The position numbers and the translations under genes were made by a program. Below, piece after piece: positions 1-10,568 of a stretch of 64,000 bases of DNA (positions within the stretch are counted from its first letter, which is position 1; the number at the start of each line of letters is the position of its first letter). Source of the DNA: a virus (taxonomy: Duplodnaviria > Caudoviricetes). Under the pieces are notes generated by a model. The model was not told the origin of the DNA and ran no database searches. It saw only the letters and a list, made by a program, of their open reading frames with translations. Location: IMG/VR virus record IMGVR_UViG_3300032330_002177, positions 1 to 64,000 of that record; one strand, 5' to 3'.

Positions 1-1
1 G

Positions 2-589
2 AGAGGTGAAGATAAAGACTTTCAATATCTAATTGATAGATGGAAGGAACAAGGTATCTATGAAGATATTTTAAACGGTACTATCCATATTATTTGGACT
101 GGTGGTGAACCTACAATTAAAGGACATCAAGAAGCTATCCATAACTTTACCAGCTACTGGTATAATAAGTCATTTTTGGCTATGGAATTATTTAAACCAT
201 ACTATGAAATAGAAACAAATGGCACAATAGTAATCGATGATAGACTATGGGGTTCATTAGACCAAATCAACTGCTCACCAAAGCTATCTAACTCAGGTAT
301 GACTGAGAAACAACGCATTAACCCAGACGCGATTAAGCGCATAATGGAACATTCCAATTACACTTTTAAATTTGTTATTAGCAATGAAGAAGATATTAAA
401 GAATTATTCCGTGACTTTGTCGTACCATTTAGCATACCTCTTACCAACGTGGTTTGTATGCCGGGACTAGATAGTCAAACTGACTTTCATGAGCGTACTC
501 AATTCGTATTAGAGATGGCTAAGAAGTATAGATTTAGAGGCTTAACAAGATTACATATATCCGCTTGGGATAAAACATTAAACGTATAA
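2..589 (+). CDS. queE: 7-carboxy-7-deazaguanine synthase (radical SAM), 5'-truncated by the window edge
   Basis: Frame is open from base 2: IIWTGGEPT, EIETNGT, NCSPKL, FKFVI, C-terminal RLHISAW; folE is nearby. Confidence 0.85.
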   Translation, partial: RGEDKDFQYLIDRWKEQGIYEDILNGTIHIIWTGGEPTIKGHQEAIHNFTSYWYNKSFLAMELFKPYYEIETNGTIVIDDRLWGSLDQINCSPKLSNSGMTEKQRINPDAIKRIMEHSNYTFKFVISNEEDIKELFRDFVVPFSIPLTNVVCMPGLDSQTDFHERTQFVLEMAKKYRFRGLTRLHISAWDKTLNV

Positions 590-590
590 T

Positions 591-755
591 ATGAAGCTGT
601 ATAAAATATTTGTAAGACGTAAGACAGGAGAAGATTATGGATATATGTACGCTATGTCTGATAGTATCTTAGAAGCAAAACGACTACTTAAGTATAATTT
701 TGGATGGATAGGTAGTTTTGGAGATTGGGATGAACTTGAATACATTAAAAAGTAA
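591..755 (+). CDS. Small hypothetical protein (54 aa)
   Basis: Hand-translated MKLYKIFVRRKTGEDYGY...YIKK*; fills the gap between flanking genes. Confidence 0.55.
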   Translation: MKLYKIFVRRKTGEDYGYMYAMSDSILEAKRLLKYNFGWIGSFGDWDELEYIKK

Positions 756-764
756 AATTATAAT

Positions 765-1880
765 ATGGAAAGAATTAAGTGGTCAAATAATAATTTTGAT
801 GATAATAAAATTTTTAGATTAGAAAATTTTAATTTTTTTAATCCACCTAATTTTATTGGAACCACACACCTAGTTAATGAAAATAACTACTCCGTTTTAT
901 CTCATTATTCAGATAAATACATTATAACAAAATTAGATAACTATACACTACTCAAAAATTGTTGCTTACATAAAAATGCTAAACTTGTAGAATCAACTGA
1001 TAAAGTTAGAAAAAATATTTTTATATGTCCTATACATTTCTGGACCTATAACTTCAAAGGTGAGTTAATTAATGCTCCGCTTTCTAATTTAGACTGTAAA
1101 AAAAGTAAATTAAATATAACTCTTTCTCCAGAACTGTTTAACCTAAATGGTTTTCTTTTTAGTAATGAATCTTTATTTAATGAAATAAAAAATTCTAAAT
1201 TTTTATCAAATATAGATCTTACTCAATATTCAATTTTTAAAACAGAAAAAGAAATCTATAAAGGTAATTGGAAAGAATATGGAATAGTGTATAATGATAC
1301 TAATCATGTTAGAATTTTCCATCCTGAAATGGGGACAATACTTGATATAGACTCTACAGAACTAGAAGAAGGAGTTGATTATAGTACTCATAGGCATAGA
1401 TTTAAACCAGATTGGAGAATAAAGCCCGAAAATAATTTTACTCAATTTTTTAAATTATTAGAAAAACAAAATATTAATTTAAAAGATAAAGATAAAGATA
1501 ATTATGCTGTCACATTTGTAACAATATATCCAAATGTATTTATAGATTTTTGGGCTGGATTTGTTTGGATTGAAATAGTAAATCCAATTAATGAAGGTGA
1601 GTATGAAGTACATGCTATTGGGCTTTGTAAAAATGTATTAATAGATAATATAGAGTTATTAGATCTTTTTTCTAAGGCATATGATAGAGTAGGATCAGAA
1701 GATAGAGAAATACTAGACAGGATACATCATGGTAGAAAAAATTTACAAAATAAAGATAATGAATATACAGAACTCATTACTAACTCAGCTGAAAATAGTA
1801 TAATTTCTTATATAGAGTGGATTCATAAAAAAGGAAAAGATTTTTATAACGGGACATTTCAAGTAGACACAATAAGTTAA
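765..1880 (+). CDS. Rieske [2Fe-2S] non-heme iron oxygenase alpha subunit (ring-hydroxylating/choline monooxygenase-like)
   Basis: Rieske ligands C-L-H...CPIHFWTY; mononuclear Fe motif NWK...DTNHVRIFH and late EDREIL. Confidence 0.85.
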   Translation: MERIKWSNNNFDDNKIFRLENFNFFNPPNFIGTTHLVNENNYSVLSHYSDKYIITKLDNYTLLKNCCLHKNAKLVESTDKVRKNIFICPIHFWTYNFKGELINAPLSNLDCKKSKLNITLSPELFNLNGFLFSNESLFNEIKNSKFLSNIDLTQYSIFKTEKEIYKGNWKEYGIVYNDTNHVRIFHPEMGTILDIDSTELEEGVDYSTHRHRFKPDWRIKPENNFTQFFKLLEKQNINLKDKDKDNYAVTFVTIYPNVFIDFWAGFVWIEIVNPINEGEYEVHAIGLCKNVLIDNIELLDLFSKAYDRVGSEDREILDRIHHGRKNLQNKDNEYTELITNSAENSIISYIEWIHKKGKDFYNGTFQVDTIS

Positions 1881-1894
1881 TAAAATAAAATAAT

Positions 1895-2107
1895 ATGACA
1901 GTAAACATAACACCAGAAAACATGTATGCCTTTATAACTTGTTTATTGCTAGTTCTTCAAGTATGGCAATATAGACAGTTAGACAAGACAAGAAAAGAAG
2001 TAGATAAAATATGGGATCAAATTTCTACATTTAATACTATGGTTGCTTTAAAACTTTTGGAAACCCAAAAAGAAATAACTAATTTAAAAGAAAATAAAAA
2101 AGATTAA
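1895..2107 (+). CDS. Small membrane-anchored coiled-coil protein
   Basis: N-terminal hydrophobic helix followed by a charged helix. Confidence 0.6.
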   Translation: MTVNITPENMYAFITCLLLVLQVWQYRQLDKTRKEVDKIWDQISTFNTMVALKLLETQKEITNLKENKKD

Positions 2108-2109
2108 TT

Positions 2110-2742
2110 ATGGATTTATTAGAAAAATCAAATGGTAATTTAGCTCGCACACCAGAAGAAGTAGAGCAAATGATTGATAAAGCTGCTATAGCGTATGGTC
2201 AATTTCTTAACGCTGTAGGATTTGATTATACAGCTGATAGACAAACAATAGATACACCACGTCGTGTTGCTAAAGCATGGCTTAAAGATCTAATTGTAGG
2301 TTCAGTAACAAACGAACCAAACATCACTACATTCCCTAATGATGAAGGATATGATGGATTAGTAATTCAATCCGGTATTCCTATCACTAGTATGTGTGCA
2401 CACCATAATCTAGCATTTACTGGATTTGCTACAGTAGCATATGTACCTGGTAAAATGGTAATTGGATTGAGTAAATTAAATCGTATTGTTGAATGGTTCG
2501 CTCGCAGACCACAAATGCAAGAATCATTAACACAACAAATCCACGATTACATTTCCCAAAAAATGAATTGCGAATCAGTAGCGGTAAGTATCGCTTGTAA
2601 ACATACATGCTGCTCACATAGAGGTATTAAACATCCATCTGTAATGTCAACAAACAAATTCAGTGGTGTGTTTATGGAAAAAGATAACTTAATTAGAGAA
2701 GAATTATTATCAGCAATCGAAATGAACGGAACTAAATTTTAA
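2110..2742 (+). CDS. folE: GTP cyclohydrolase I
   Basis: DTPRRVAK, SMCAHH, GLSKLNRIV, RRPQMQE, HTCCSHRG. Confidence 0.95.
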   Translation: MDLLEKSNGNLARTPEEVEQMIDKAAIAYGQFLNAVGFDYTADRQTIDTPRRVAKAWLKDLIVGSVTNEPNITTFPNDEGYDGLVIQSGIPITSMCAHHNLAFTGFATVAYVPGKMVIGLSKLNRIVEWFARRPQMQESLTQQIHDYISQKMNCESVAVSIACKHTCCSHRGIKHPSVMSTNKFSGVFMEKDNLIREELLSAIEMNGTKF

Positions 2743-2745
2743 TAT

Positions 2746-2907
2746 ATGCAACCAAAAGAATCTAAATCAAACAAACACTTCTATACCAGTATAGCTAAAT
2801 CAATATTAAGGATATTCGGATGTGGGTATCTAGTATATGGCGATGTTGCCGGAGCAGGAATAATATTAATACTTGCTGAAATACTTGGAATAGCAGAAGA
2901 ATTTTAA
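2746..2907 (+). CDS. Small membrane protein (53 aa), paralog of 54979..55140
   Basis: Hand-translated MQPKESKSNKHFYTSIAKSILRIFG...LAEILGIAEEF*. Confidence 0.75.
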   Translation: MQPKESKSNKHFYTSIAKSILRIFGCGYLVYGDVAGAGIILILAEILGIAEEF

Positions 2908-2925
2908 TACATTTAAAATAAAAAC

Positions 2926-3447
2926 ATGTTAAACGCACAACAAATATTAAACGAAGGTCTACTAAAATTAGAACACACCCACGGCAAACCAGCTCAAGTT
3001 GGTTACGATCTTACACTTAAACAAGTGAATGAAATTGGAGTTAAAAGTAATCATACTTCATCACTTAAAATTGGTAAAGTATTAAAACACAAAACTGAAT
3101 TAACTAATTACGCACCATATGCTTTAATTAATTTAGATGGTGTTGGTGGATGGTTATTATATGAAGGTGTATATGATATTACATTTAATGAAGGATGTAA
3201 ACTACCAGACAATAGAGTAGCATTTATTAAACAACGCTCATCATTGTATCGTAACGGAACTATCATTAATAGTCCAGTATTTGATCCAGGTTTTGAAACT
3301 GAGTTTATGGGTACATTAATGTATGTTCATAAAACAATATTCATTGAAGAAAACGCTAGAGTAGCACAGATTTATTTTCACGAATGTCAATCCGCGGAAA
3401 TGTATAACGGACAATGGCAAGGTGACAAACAACGAACACAACAATAA
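2926..3447 (+). CDS. dCTP deaminase / trimeric dUTPase family protein
   Basis: GYDLTL, QRSSLYRNG, FDPGF, RVAQI, YNGQWQG. Confidence 0.85.
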   Translation: MLNAQQILNEGLLKLEHTHGKPAQVGYDLTLKQVNEIGVKSNHTSSLKIGKVLKHKTELTNYAPYALINLDGVGGWLLYEGVYDITFNEGCKLPDNRVAFIKQRSSLYRNGTIINSPVFDPGFETEFMGTLMYVHKTIFIEENARVAQIYFHECQSAEMYNGQWQGDKQRTQQ

Positions 3448-3467
3448 AAACCCTTCCCACCAAGAAT

Positions 3468-3494
3468 AATGGCTCCTCATTTGAGGGGTCATTT
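3468..3494 (+). terminator. Stem-loop after the dCTP deaminase gene
   Basis: AATGGCTCCTC-ATTT-GAGGGGTCATT hairpin followed by a T-rich tract. Confidence 0.5.
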
Positions 3495-3513
3495 ACTTTG
3501 TATATTTATATAC

Positions 3514-3801
3514 ATGACATCAGGAAAATATCCAATATTTAACAGGAGTAAAAATCCATTTAATAAAAATACTCGAACACCTCCACCTACTACTAAAAAA
3601 AGTAGTGAAATGTTTGATGAAAATTATAATGGTATAATTACAACTGCTAAAACATATGTCACAGATTACTATGAAACAGTTAATGATTTGGGATATTATG
3701 ATATAGAAAACGAAAGTACTTATTATCAAGATTTATCTGATACTTCAAACATATTCCATGTTAACTATATTCAAGATATACAAAATGATTTAAATAAATA
3801 A
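3514..3801 (+). CDS. Hypothetical protein
   Basis: ATG at 3514 follows a TATATTTATA motif and is more plausible than the track start inside the hairpin. Confidence 0.55.
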   Translation: MTSGKYPIFNRSKNPFNKNTRTPPPTTKKSSEMFDENYNGIITTAKTYVTDYYETVNDLGYYDIENESTYYQDLSDTSNIFHVNYIQDIQNDLNK

Positions 3802-3803
3802 AT

Positions 3804-4973
3804 ATGGCTTTAGTTAAACGGTTAGTAAAAGGAAGTCCATTAACATTTGCTGAAGGAGATGCTAATTTAGATTATCTAGAAAGTTTAGCGCGCAGTTCAT
3901 CAGCTTTTAATAATTGGACTGGATCTAATACTTCACAATTTAGTGGAACCTCAAGTTATGCTACAACAGCATCTTATATTAATCCAACCTTTATATCAGC
4001 ATCAGCTGCCGCATCTGGATTTGGTTCGGGTGGAGGAGGTAGTACAAGTGGATTATTATCTACAGCATCATTTAACAATTATACAGGATCCGCGACATCA
4101 CAATTTGCAGGCACATCATCTTTTGCTACAACAGCATCATATGCTTTAAATGGTGGAGGTGGAACAGCAGTATTATCATCATCTTTACTAACAAATATAA
4201 CTGTAGGTGGATTAACATCGGGGACATCATATACTATAGGTACTACTTTAGAAAGTATATTTAGAACAATGCTTGTAACTTATATAGCACCTACCATATC
4301 TGCATTTACATTAAAAAATGGAGCAAGCACTGTGTTTTTTAGTACAGACTATGTTGAAGTAAGTAGTTCACTTACATTTAATACAGCTTCATTTACAGCA
4401 ACTGCTGATAATCCAAATGGAAGATTTGCTTATAGCGCTAGTTTTACAGCATCCGGGGCAAATACAGGAGATTTTAATTATTATTTTGGAAATAATGTAT
4501 TAGGAACAAGTAATAATTTAGGACTAGGATCAAGTAGAGTAGTAAATAAATCATCTGATGGTATTGTAACATTTACATTAAACACAAGAAACCCACAAAC
4601 AAATGCTGTAATATCTAGCGCTGCTAATTTAATTTATGTTTATCCTTATTTTTATGGGATGTCTGCTACTAACTATTCATCATCAGGTGATTTAGTAAAT
4701 GATGGAAATATAACAAAATTAATAACAGGACAAAACAGTCAAACTTTACTAATTACAGGAAGTAATCAATTTATCCATTTTGCATATCCATCTAGTTATG
4801 GAAATTTGACTTCTATAAAAGATGGAAATGATTTTGATGTGACAACTGCTTTTACTAAATATACAAGAACTCAAAATGGAGCGTCTGGATATTGGACTGG
4901 AGTATCTTATAACATCTATATATCAGAAAAAACATCAGTAAATCCGTCACAAAATTATAAATTTAATTATTAA
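3804..4973 (+). CDS. Virion structural / fibre-like protein
   Basis: N-terminal KGSPLTFAEGDANL; duplicated FNNxTGSxTSQFxGTSSxATTASY unit; Gly linkers; S/T/G-rich beta composition. Confidence 0.6.
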   Translation: MALVKRLVKGSPLTFAEGDANLDYLESLARSSSAFNNWTGSNTSQFSGTSSYATTASYINPTFISASAAASGFGSGGGGSTSGLLSTASFNNYTGSATSQFAGTSSFATTASYALNGGGGTAVLSSSLLTNITVGGLTSGTSYTIGTTLESIFRTMLVTYIAPTISAFTLKNGASTVFFSTDYVEVSSSLTFNTASFTATADNPNGRFAYSASFTASGANTGDFNYYFGNNVLGTSNNLGLGSSRVVNKSSDGIVTFTLNTRNPQTNAVISSAANLIYVYPYFYGMSATNYSSSGDLVNDGNITKLITGQNSQTLLITGSNQFIHFAYPSSYGNLTSIKDGNDFDVTTAFTKYTRTQNGASGYWTGVSYNIYISEKTSVNPSQNYKFNY

Positions 4974-4978
4974 TAAAA

Positions 4979-5794
4979 ATGGGAATAGGAATTATAACTA
5001 ATTTTGATGTAAATGCATCTAAAAATATAGATTCTAGATTAGGTCCATATGTAGATATAGCGCAAGCAACTGGATCAATAAATCCACTATCTAGATATAT
5101 TGGGATGACTGTTATTATTACTGGTAGTGGAGCTCCTGTAGAATATTGGTTTAACCCAACCACTGCTAATACAGACTTAGTATTAAAAAGTGGAGGAGGA
5201 AGTGTAACAGGCGGAGCATCAAATTATATAGCTGTTTGGTCAGGATCTACAGCGCTAACAACAGGTAGCTTATATAATGATACTAATGGAGTAGGTATAA
5301 ACAATACAAGTCCAAGCTATTCATTAGATATTAATGGAGGTCTTAGAGTAACTGGCTCATCTGGATTAATATATCATCAAAATCATAAACACGGAGCAAT
5401 AAATACAACCAGCGTAACATCGGGTAGTTCAGTTACACTTCTTGAATTTGGTTATAATAATAATAATTATCCTCCATATTATAGAGGATTATTTTTTGAT
5501 TATGAAATAGAAGTAATTTATAACAGTGATATGAAAGCATCTCGAAGTGGAACACTAAAAGCTACTATATTTTATAAATCTCTTGGAAATGCACTAACCG
5601 CAATACAAACTACAGAAAATTCAACACCTGAATATCATTATGCTACAAGTGATCAATATATAGGAACAGAAAATATAGTGCTATCAGTAACAAATACTAA
5701 TAACCAAATACAATTAGTTTGTAGTAATAGAATTAATGATAATCAATATTCTTCTACTATAAGAGGAGAATGGAAATTATTATCAACTATATAA
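4979..5794 (+). CDS. Fibre-like structural protein
   Basis: GVGINNTSPSYSLDING repeat typical of Bacteroidota phage fibres; Gly linker. Confidence 0.6.
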   Translation: MGIGIITNFDVNASKNIDSRLGPYVDIAQATGSINPLSRYIGMTVIITGSGAPVEYWFNPTTANTDLVLKSGGGSVTGGASNYIAVWSGSTALTTGSLYNDTNGVGINNTSPSYSLDINGGLRVTGSSGLIYHQNHKHGAINTTSVTSGSSVTLLEFGYNNNNYPPYYRGLFFDYEIEVIYNSDMKASRSGTLKATIFYKSLGNALTAIQTTENSTPEYHYATSDQYIGTENIVLSVTNTNNQIQLVCSNRINDNQYSSTIRGEWKLLSTI

Positions 5795-5807
5795 AAATAA
5801 AATTTAT

Positions 5808-6509
5808 ATGCCAACAGGAGCAAATACACACCTAGCACCAACTAATATTATAAATTCAGTAAAAGGCTGGAATACAAGACATATATACAATTATTACGGA
5901 ACTACTAACTACATAGATTTTAATTATACTTCTGTAGTATCATCAGATTATAGCCAAAATCTATTCCAGGCAATTGAAACTTATGAAACTTCACAATCAC
6001 TTACTCTATATAAAGGTGGATATACATTCCCTCCAAGATATTTCCAATCAGGAAAAGATTTAAGAATAAAAGCTTTACTATTTGCCGATACTGATACATA
6101 TACTTCCTCGCTATTTCATGTAAATGTTGGAATTGATAATACAGAATCAGGTTCTATATTGATAGGAGAATCTAATGATGGTTATTCACATATATTTGGA
6201 GCAAATGTTACAAGATCAGCCTATTTAGATATTGAAATAGTATGTAGAGGAATTGAAACACAAGATAAACCTTCAAGACTACGTATGATGGCCTCTGGTT
6301 ATGTTAGATATAATACAATTAGAGGTAGTAATAACGACCCAAATAACGATGTCTATCTTATCCCAATAACACCAGTCTCAAATATATTACCTACAGTGGA
6401 TAGTGATGTAGAATCCCCTGTTGAAAATACACTAAATTTAAATTTTAGTGGATCTGTTGGTATGAAACTTATAAGTGTAATAAACTTATCAATAGAAGAA
6501 TTAGAATAA
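5808..6509 (+). CDS. Hypothetical protein, probably structural
   Basis: Co-oriented with the fibre genes; beta-rich. Confidence 0.5.
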   Translation: MPTGANTHLAPTNIINSVKGWNTRHIYNYYGTTNYIDFNYTSVVSSDYSQNLFQAIETYETSQSLTLYKGGYTFPPRYFQSGKDLRIKALLFADTDTYTSSLFHVNVGIDNTESGSILIGESNDGYSHIFGANVTRSAYLDIEIVCRGIETQDKPSRLRMMASGYVRYNTIRGSNNDPNNDVYLIPITPVSNILPTVDSDVESPVENTLNLNFSGSVGMKLISVINLSIEELE

Positions 6510-6581
6510 TATATCATGATATAATTAGATTTGGTTACCTTTTATCTTTTGTATATATTTATATAATATAAATAACGCAAT

Positions 6582-6905
6582 ATGGAAGGATTTAATCCAA
6601 AACAACAATCACAAGGTTTAGGTGATACAATTGCTAAAGTAACAAATTTTTTTGGTATCGATAAAGTTGCTGAAGCTATTGCTAAAATAGCAGGAGCTGA
6701 TGGTTGCGGTTGTGATGAACGTAGAGAAGCATTAAATGCTTTATTTCCTTATAAAGAAAAAGTTCGTAAATTTAAAGTACTAAAACAATTCCGATGGGAA
6801 GAAGATCAATACTTTGAAGGACAAGAAGTATCTGTTAATAGCGAACATCCATTATTTAACGGTATCTTAGCTTTAGCTACAGATGAAGTAATTGAAGAAA
6901 TATGA
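6582..6905 (+). CDS. Conserved phage hypothetical protein (GLGDT...CGC family)
   Basis: GLGDTIAKVT...GCGCDERREALN motif. Confidence 0.6.
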   Translation: MEGFNPKQQSQGLGDTIAKVTNFFGIDKVAEAIAKIAGADGCGCDERREALNALFPYKEKVRKFKVLKQFRWEEDQYFEGQEVSVNSEHPLFNGILALATDEVIEEI

Positions 6906-7915
6906 GATTAGATAAATACTTTAAACTTAAAAACGATTTAGAAACATTTAATTTTGAGAAGAATTTTAGCTCATTAAGTAAGACGCTTTATTACTTTTCA
7001 TTTTTAGGTAATATATTTTTAATTTTATTTAGTTATTTCTTTATTAAAGATGTAACAAATAGTATTCCTACTTTATTTACAGGACAAGGAGTATTTTTTT
7101 CAATATTCATAATTCTGTTTATGACTGGATATGAATTATTTAAACGATTCTCATTCCAGCAACTTACAGGTACAATACTGCGTTTAAGAAAAATTACTAC
7201 TAATATAGTCTTAGGAATATTAGTGTCATTAATGTTAGTGACTGGTTCTTTTTATTTAAGTTTAAATGGAGCTCATAGATTGATTGATACTAAAGATATA
7301 GTTCAAACAACTATAGATTCATCTATGAATACTCAAACTGATTCATTAGTTAAATACTATGATAAAGAAATATTATTTTATAGATCCCAACCTGCTAAGA
7401 CTAAAGCGGACAGACAATATAGAGATTCAATTGTAGGTGTTTTACAAAAGACTAAAGATGAAAAAATACAATTAGTTGAATCTAAAATATCAAATAAATC
7501 AACTGATAAATTAAACAAGATACAAGAAAATAGTACTGCGTTTGCTATAATGGTATTTTTCTTAGAATTAATTATATTAATAGGAGTAGCATTTGATGCT
7601 TATTATGTTTGGACTTCATATGATGAAATGAAGCAAATATTAACAACTCCAAAATATAAACAATTAGAAATAAATTTACGTTTATTAAAATTGTTTTATC
7701 AAAACGGAAGAAAAAAAGAACAAGACTTAACTATATCTAAATCTAAAATGATAGCATTAGCCAATGCTTCTAAAATTTCTGCTAATCAAAAAGAAATAAG
7801 TGATTTTTTAGCTTTATGTTCTGAACTTGAAATTACTTCAGGTACTAGAAGAAAGAAAGTATATAATATGAATTATGAAAAAGCTAAAGGATTAATAGAA
7901 AACTACGAGATTTAA
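6902..7915 (+). CDS. Multi-pass membrane protein with coiled coil
   Basis: Three N-terminal and one later hydrophobic segment around a charged helical region. Confidence 0.65.
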   Translation: MRLDKYFKLKNDLETFNFEKNFSSLSKTLYYFSFLGNIFLILFSYFFIKDVTNSIPTLFTGQGVFFSIFIILFMTGYELFKRFSFQQLTGTILRLRKITTNIVLGILVSLMLVTGSFYLSLNGAHRLIDTKDIVQTTIDSSMNTQTDSLVKYYDKEILFYRSQPAKTKADRQYRDSIVGVLQKTKDEKIQLVESKISNKSTDKLNKIQENSTAFAIMVFFLELIILIGVAFDAYYVWTSYDEMKQILTTPKYKQLEINLRLLKLFYQNGRKKEQDLTISKSKMIALANASKISANQKEISDFLALCSELEITSGTRRKKVYNMNYEKAKGLIENYEI

Positions 7916-7952
7916 GTTTGCCTACCTAAAATAAGCTTGTTATATTTAAAAT

Positions 7953-10541
7953 ATGTATCAAGTACTTCATTACGACTTTAGAACTAAAACATGTCATCTA
8001 AGAGATGATAAACAAGGATGGTTATCATTTGAATATACTCCTACTTATTATAAGTTAGATCCTAATGGCAAATATGAAACATTAGATGGTAAACGAGTAT
8101 CACCTACTTACACTTGTGATAAAAATGACCCACTAACATATTATGAAATAGATATACCTATGGAAACTAGGGTATTAGTAGATGCTTATAAAGATCTAGA
8201 TGATGCTCCTGCTTATCATAATACATTATTTTTAGATATTGAGTGTGAAATTGGAGGAGCATTAACAACTGAATATATTAAATCAGCTCCAATGAAAATA
8301 ACATCTATAGCCTTATATGATGTTACTCTTAAAAAATACTACTGTCTAGTCTTAGACGAAAAAAAACAATTAAAATATACTGTTGAAGATGATAAATATA
8401 TTATACCATGTGATGATGAATATGATTTATTAACTCAATTTATTCATTTATGGCAAGAAGCAGATCCAACTATTGTCACTGGTTGGAATAGTGAATTTTT
8501 TGATATGCCTTATCTTTATCATAGGATTTGTAAGGTGTTAGGTGACAAAGAAGCTAAAAAATTATCTCCGTTAGGTATTGTTTCTGTTAAAGATTTTTTT
8601 AATAAAAAAACTCAAACTGATGAATCTGTGATTAATATCGCTGGAGTTAATCATCTTGACTATATGTTACTTCATAAGAAGTATATTATGAAACAAGAAC
8701 CATCTTATAAATTAGGTGATATAGGAGAAAAATATGTTAAGTTAGGTAAAGTAGAATATGAGGGATCACTTGATAAATTGTTTAGAGATGATGTAAATAA
8801 ATTTATAGAGTATAATTTACGTGACGTTGAAATTCTAATTAAACTAGATGAAAAATTACAATTCATAGTTTTAACAGTTAACTTATGCCATTTATGTCAT
8901 GTACCATATGAAAACATATATTACTCAACATCATTAAATGAAGGTGCTATATTAACTTATCTAAAACGAAAAGATATAGTTTCACCTAATAAACCAACTA
9001 CTTATAATCCAGCATTAAAAGAAGGTAATGAAGAATATGCTGGTGGTTATCTTAAAGATCCAGAACCAGGTTTATATGAATGGGTAAGTGATTTAGATTT
9101 CACTTCACTATATCCATCTATTATTCGTAATTTGAATATGGGTATTGAAACATTAATTGGTAGAATACAAAATAGAGACAAATATGATAATCAATGGGGT
9201 TTAGGTGATTTAAAGAAAATGGATGATGAAGAAGAAATACCTATTGAAAAAGTTACACAAGATAAAAGAGTTAAATTAACCTATATAAAGGTTAAGGATA
9301 TGATTAGTATGATTGAAAAAAATAAATTAATTATATCAGCTAATGGAACATTGTTTAGAAGAGATAAGTCAAGTATTGTAGTGGAAATATTAAACGATTG
9401 GTTTGATAAAAGAAAACAATATAAAGATTTAATGAAGAAAGCATATAAGTCAGGTGATACAGCAATGGGTGAGCATTATAATCGTTTACAACATACTTTT
9501 AAAATTAAATTAAATGACGTTTATGGAGTATTCGCTCAAAACGGGTGGAGATATAGTGACGGTAATTTATTTATAAGTAAAGCAATTACACTTACTGGTC
9601 AACGTTTAGATCAGGAGTCAATTAATTTTGTTAATAAAGAAATTAGTACTGAATTAGGAGTAGAAAGAGATTATGTAATCACTGCGGATACAGATAGTTT
9701 ATTCTTTGAATTAAAAGATCTAATTTTAAAACGTAAACCAGATATTAATATTAATAATAGAGAAGAAGTAGTACCTATCGCACTTGAAATAACTAAAGAA
9801 TATCAAGATAAAACAAAACCATTCTTACAAAATCTATGTAATGATTTATTTAATATTGATAATGAGTATTTTGAATTAAAACAAGAGGTTGTACTTGAGA
9901 GAGGCTATTTCGCAGGTAAAAGAAGATACGCTCAATTCATTGTTAATAAAGAAGGTGTACCAACTGAAGAACTAGATATTAAAGGAATGGATGTAATGAA
10001 ATCAAACATGAATCCAATGTATAGGAAGTTTGGTGAAGGTATTTTATTAGACATCATGTATGGTAAATCTAAAAAAGATATTGATAAAAAAATTATTGAC
10101 TTTAAGAGATCACTAGATACAGTACCTATCAAAAATATAGCCAAACCAACTGGTGTTAAAAATATAAGAAAATATATTGCTTCACCTCCACAATCAGGTT
10201 CAATATTTTCTAAATTAGAATTAAAATGTCCTATTAATACTAAAGCAGCAATATGGTATAATGATTTATTACGCTTTAAGAAAATGGATAAACAATATTC
10301 ATGTTTTACTGAGGGTGATAAAATGTATTATGTACAATTAAAAGACAATCCATATAAAATTGAAGTATTAGGATTCACAGGTAACGATCCAGAATTCATA
10401 ACTGAGTTTATTAATAAATTTATTGATAAAGATGCTGGGTTTGATTCTACACTATTGAATAAATTACAAGGTATTTATGAAGATTTGAAATGGTCATTTC
10501 CGAGTTTAAATCCATTCGCTAATAAATTCTTTTCATTTTAA
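7953..10541 (+). CDS. Family B DNA polymerase with 3'-5' exonuclease
   Basis: Exo LDIECE, GWNSEFFD, YNLRD; pol DFTSLYPS, KIKLNDVYG, ADTDS, KRRYA. Confidence 0.97.
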   Translation: MYQVLHYDFRTKTCHLRDDKQGWLSFEYTPTYYKLDPNGKYETLDGKRVSPTYTCDKNDPLTYYEIDIPMETRVLVDAYKDLDDAPAYHNTLFLDIECEIGGALTTEYIKSAPMKITSIALYDVTLKKYYCLVLDEKKQLKYTVEDDKYIIPCDDEYDLLTQFIHLWQEADPTIVTGWNSEFFDMPYLYHRICKVLGDKEAKKLSPLGIVSVKDFFNKKTQTDESVINIAGVNHLDYMLLHKKYIMKQEPSYKLGDIGEKYVKLGKVEYEGSLDKLFRDDVNKFIEYNLRDVEILIKLDEKLQFIVLTVNLCHLCHVPYENIYYSTSLNEGAILTYLKRKDIVSPNKPTTYNPALKEGNEEYAGGYLKDPEPGLYEWVSDLDFTSLYPSIIRNLNMGIETLIGRIQNRDKYDNQWGLGDLKKMDDEEEIPIEKVTQDKRVKLTYIKVKDMISMIEKNKLIISANGTLFRRDKSSIVVEILNDWFDKRKQYKDLMKKAYKSGDTAMGEHYNRLQHTFKIKLNDVYGVFAQNGWRYSDGNLFISKAITLTGQRLDQESINFVNKEISTELGVERDYVITADTDSLFFELKDLILKRKPDININNREEVVPIALEITKEYQDKTKPFLQNLCNDLFNIDNEYFELKQEVVLERGYFAGKRRYAQFIVNKEGVPTEELDIKGMDVMKSNMNPMYRKFGEGILLDIMYGKSKKDIDKKIIDFKRSLDTVPIKNIAKPTGVKNIRKYIASPPQSGSIFSKLELKCPINTKAAIWYNDLLRFKKMDKQYSCFTEGDKMYYVQLKDNPYKIEVLGFTGNDPEFITEFINKFIDKDAGFDSTLLNKLQGIYEDLKWSFPSLNPFANKFFSF

Positions 10542-10568
10542 CCGAAATAAAGATTATATATTTAAGTT

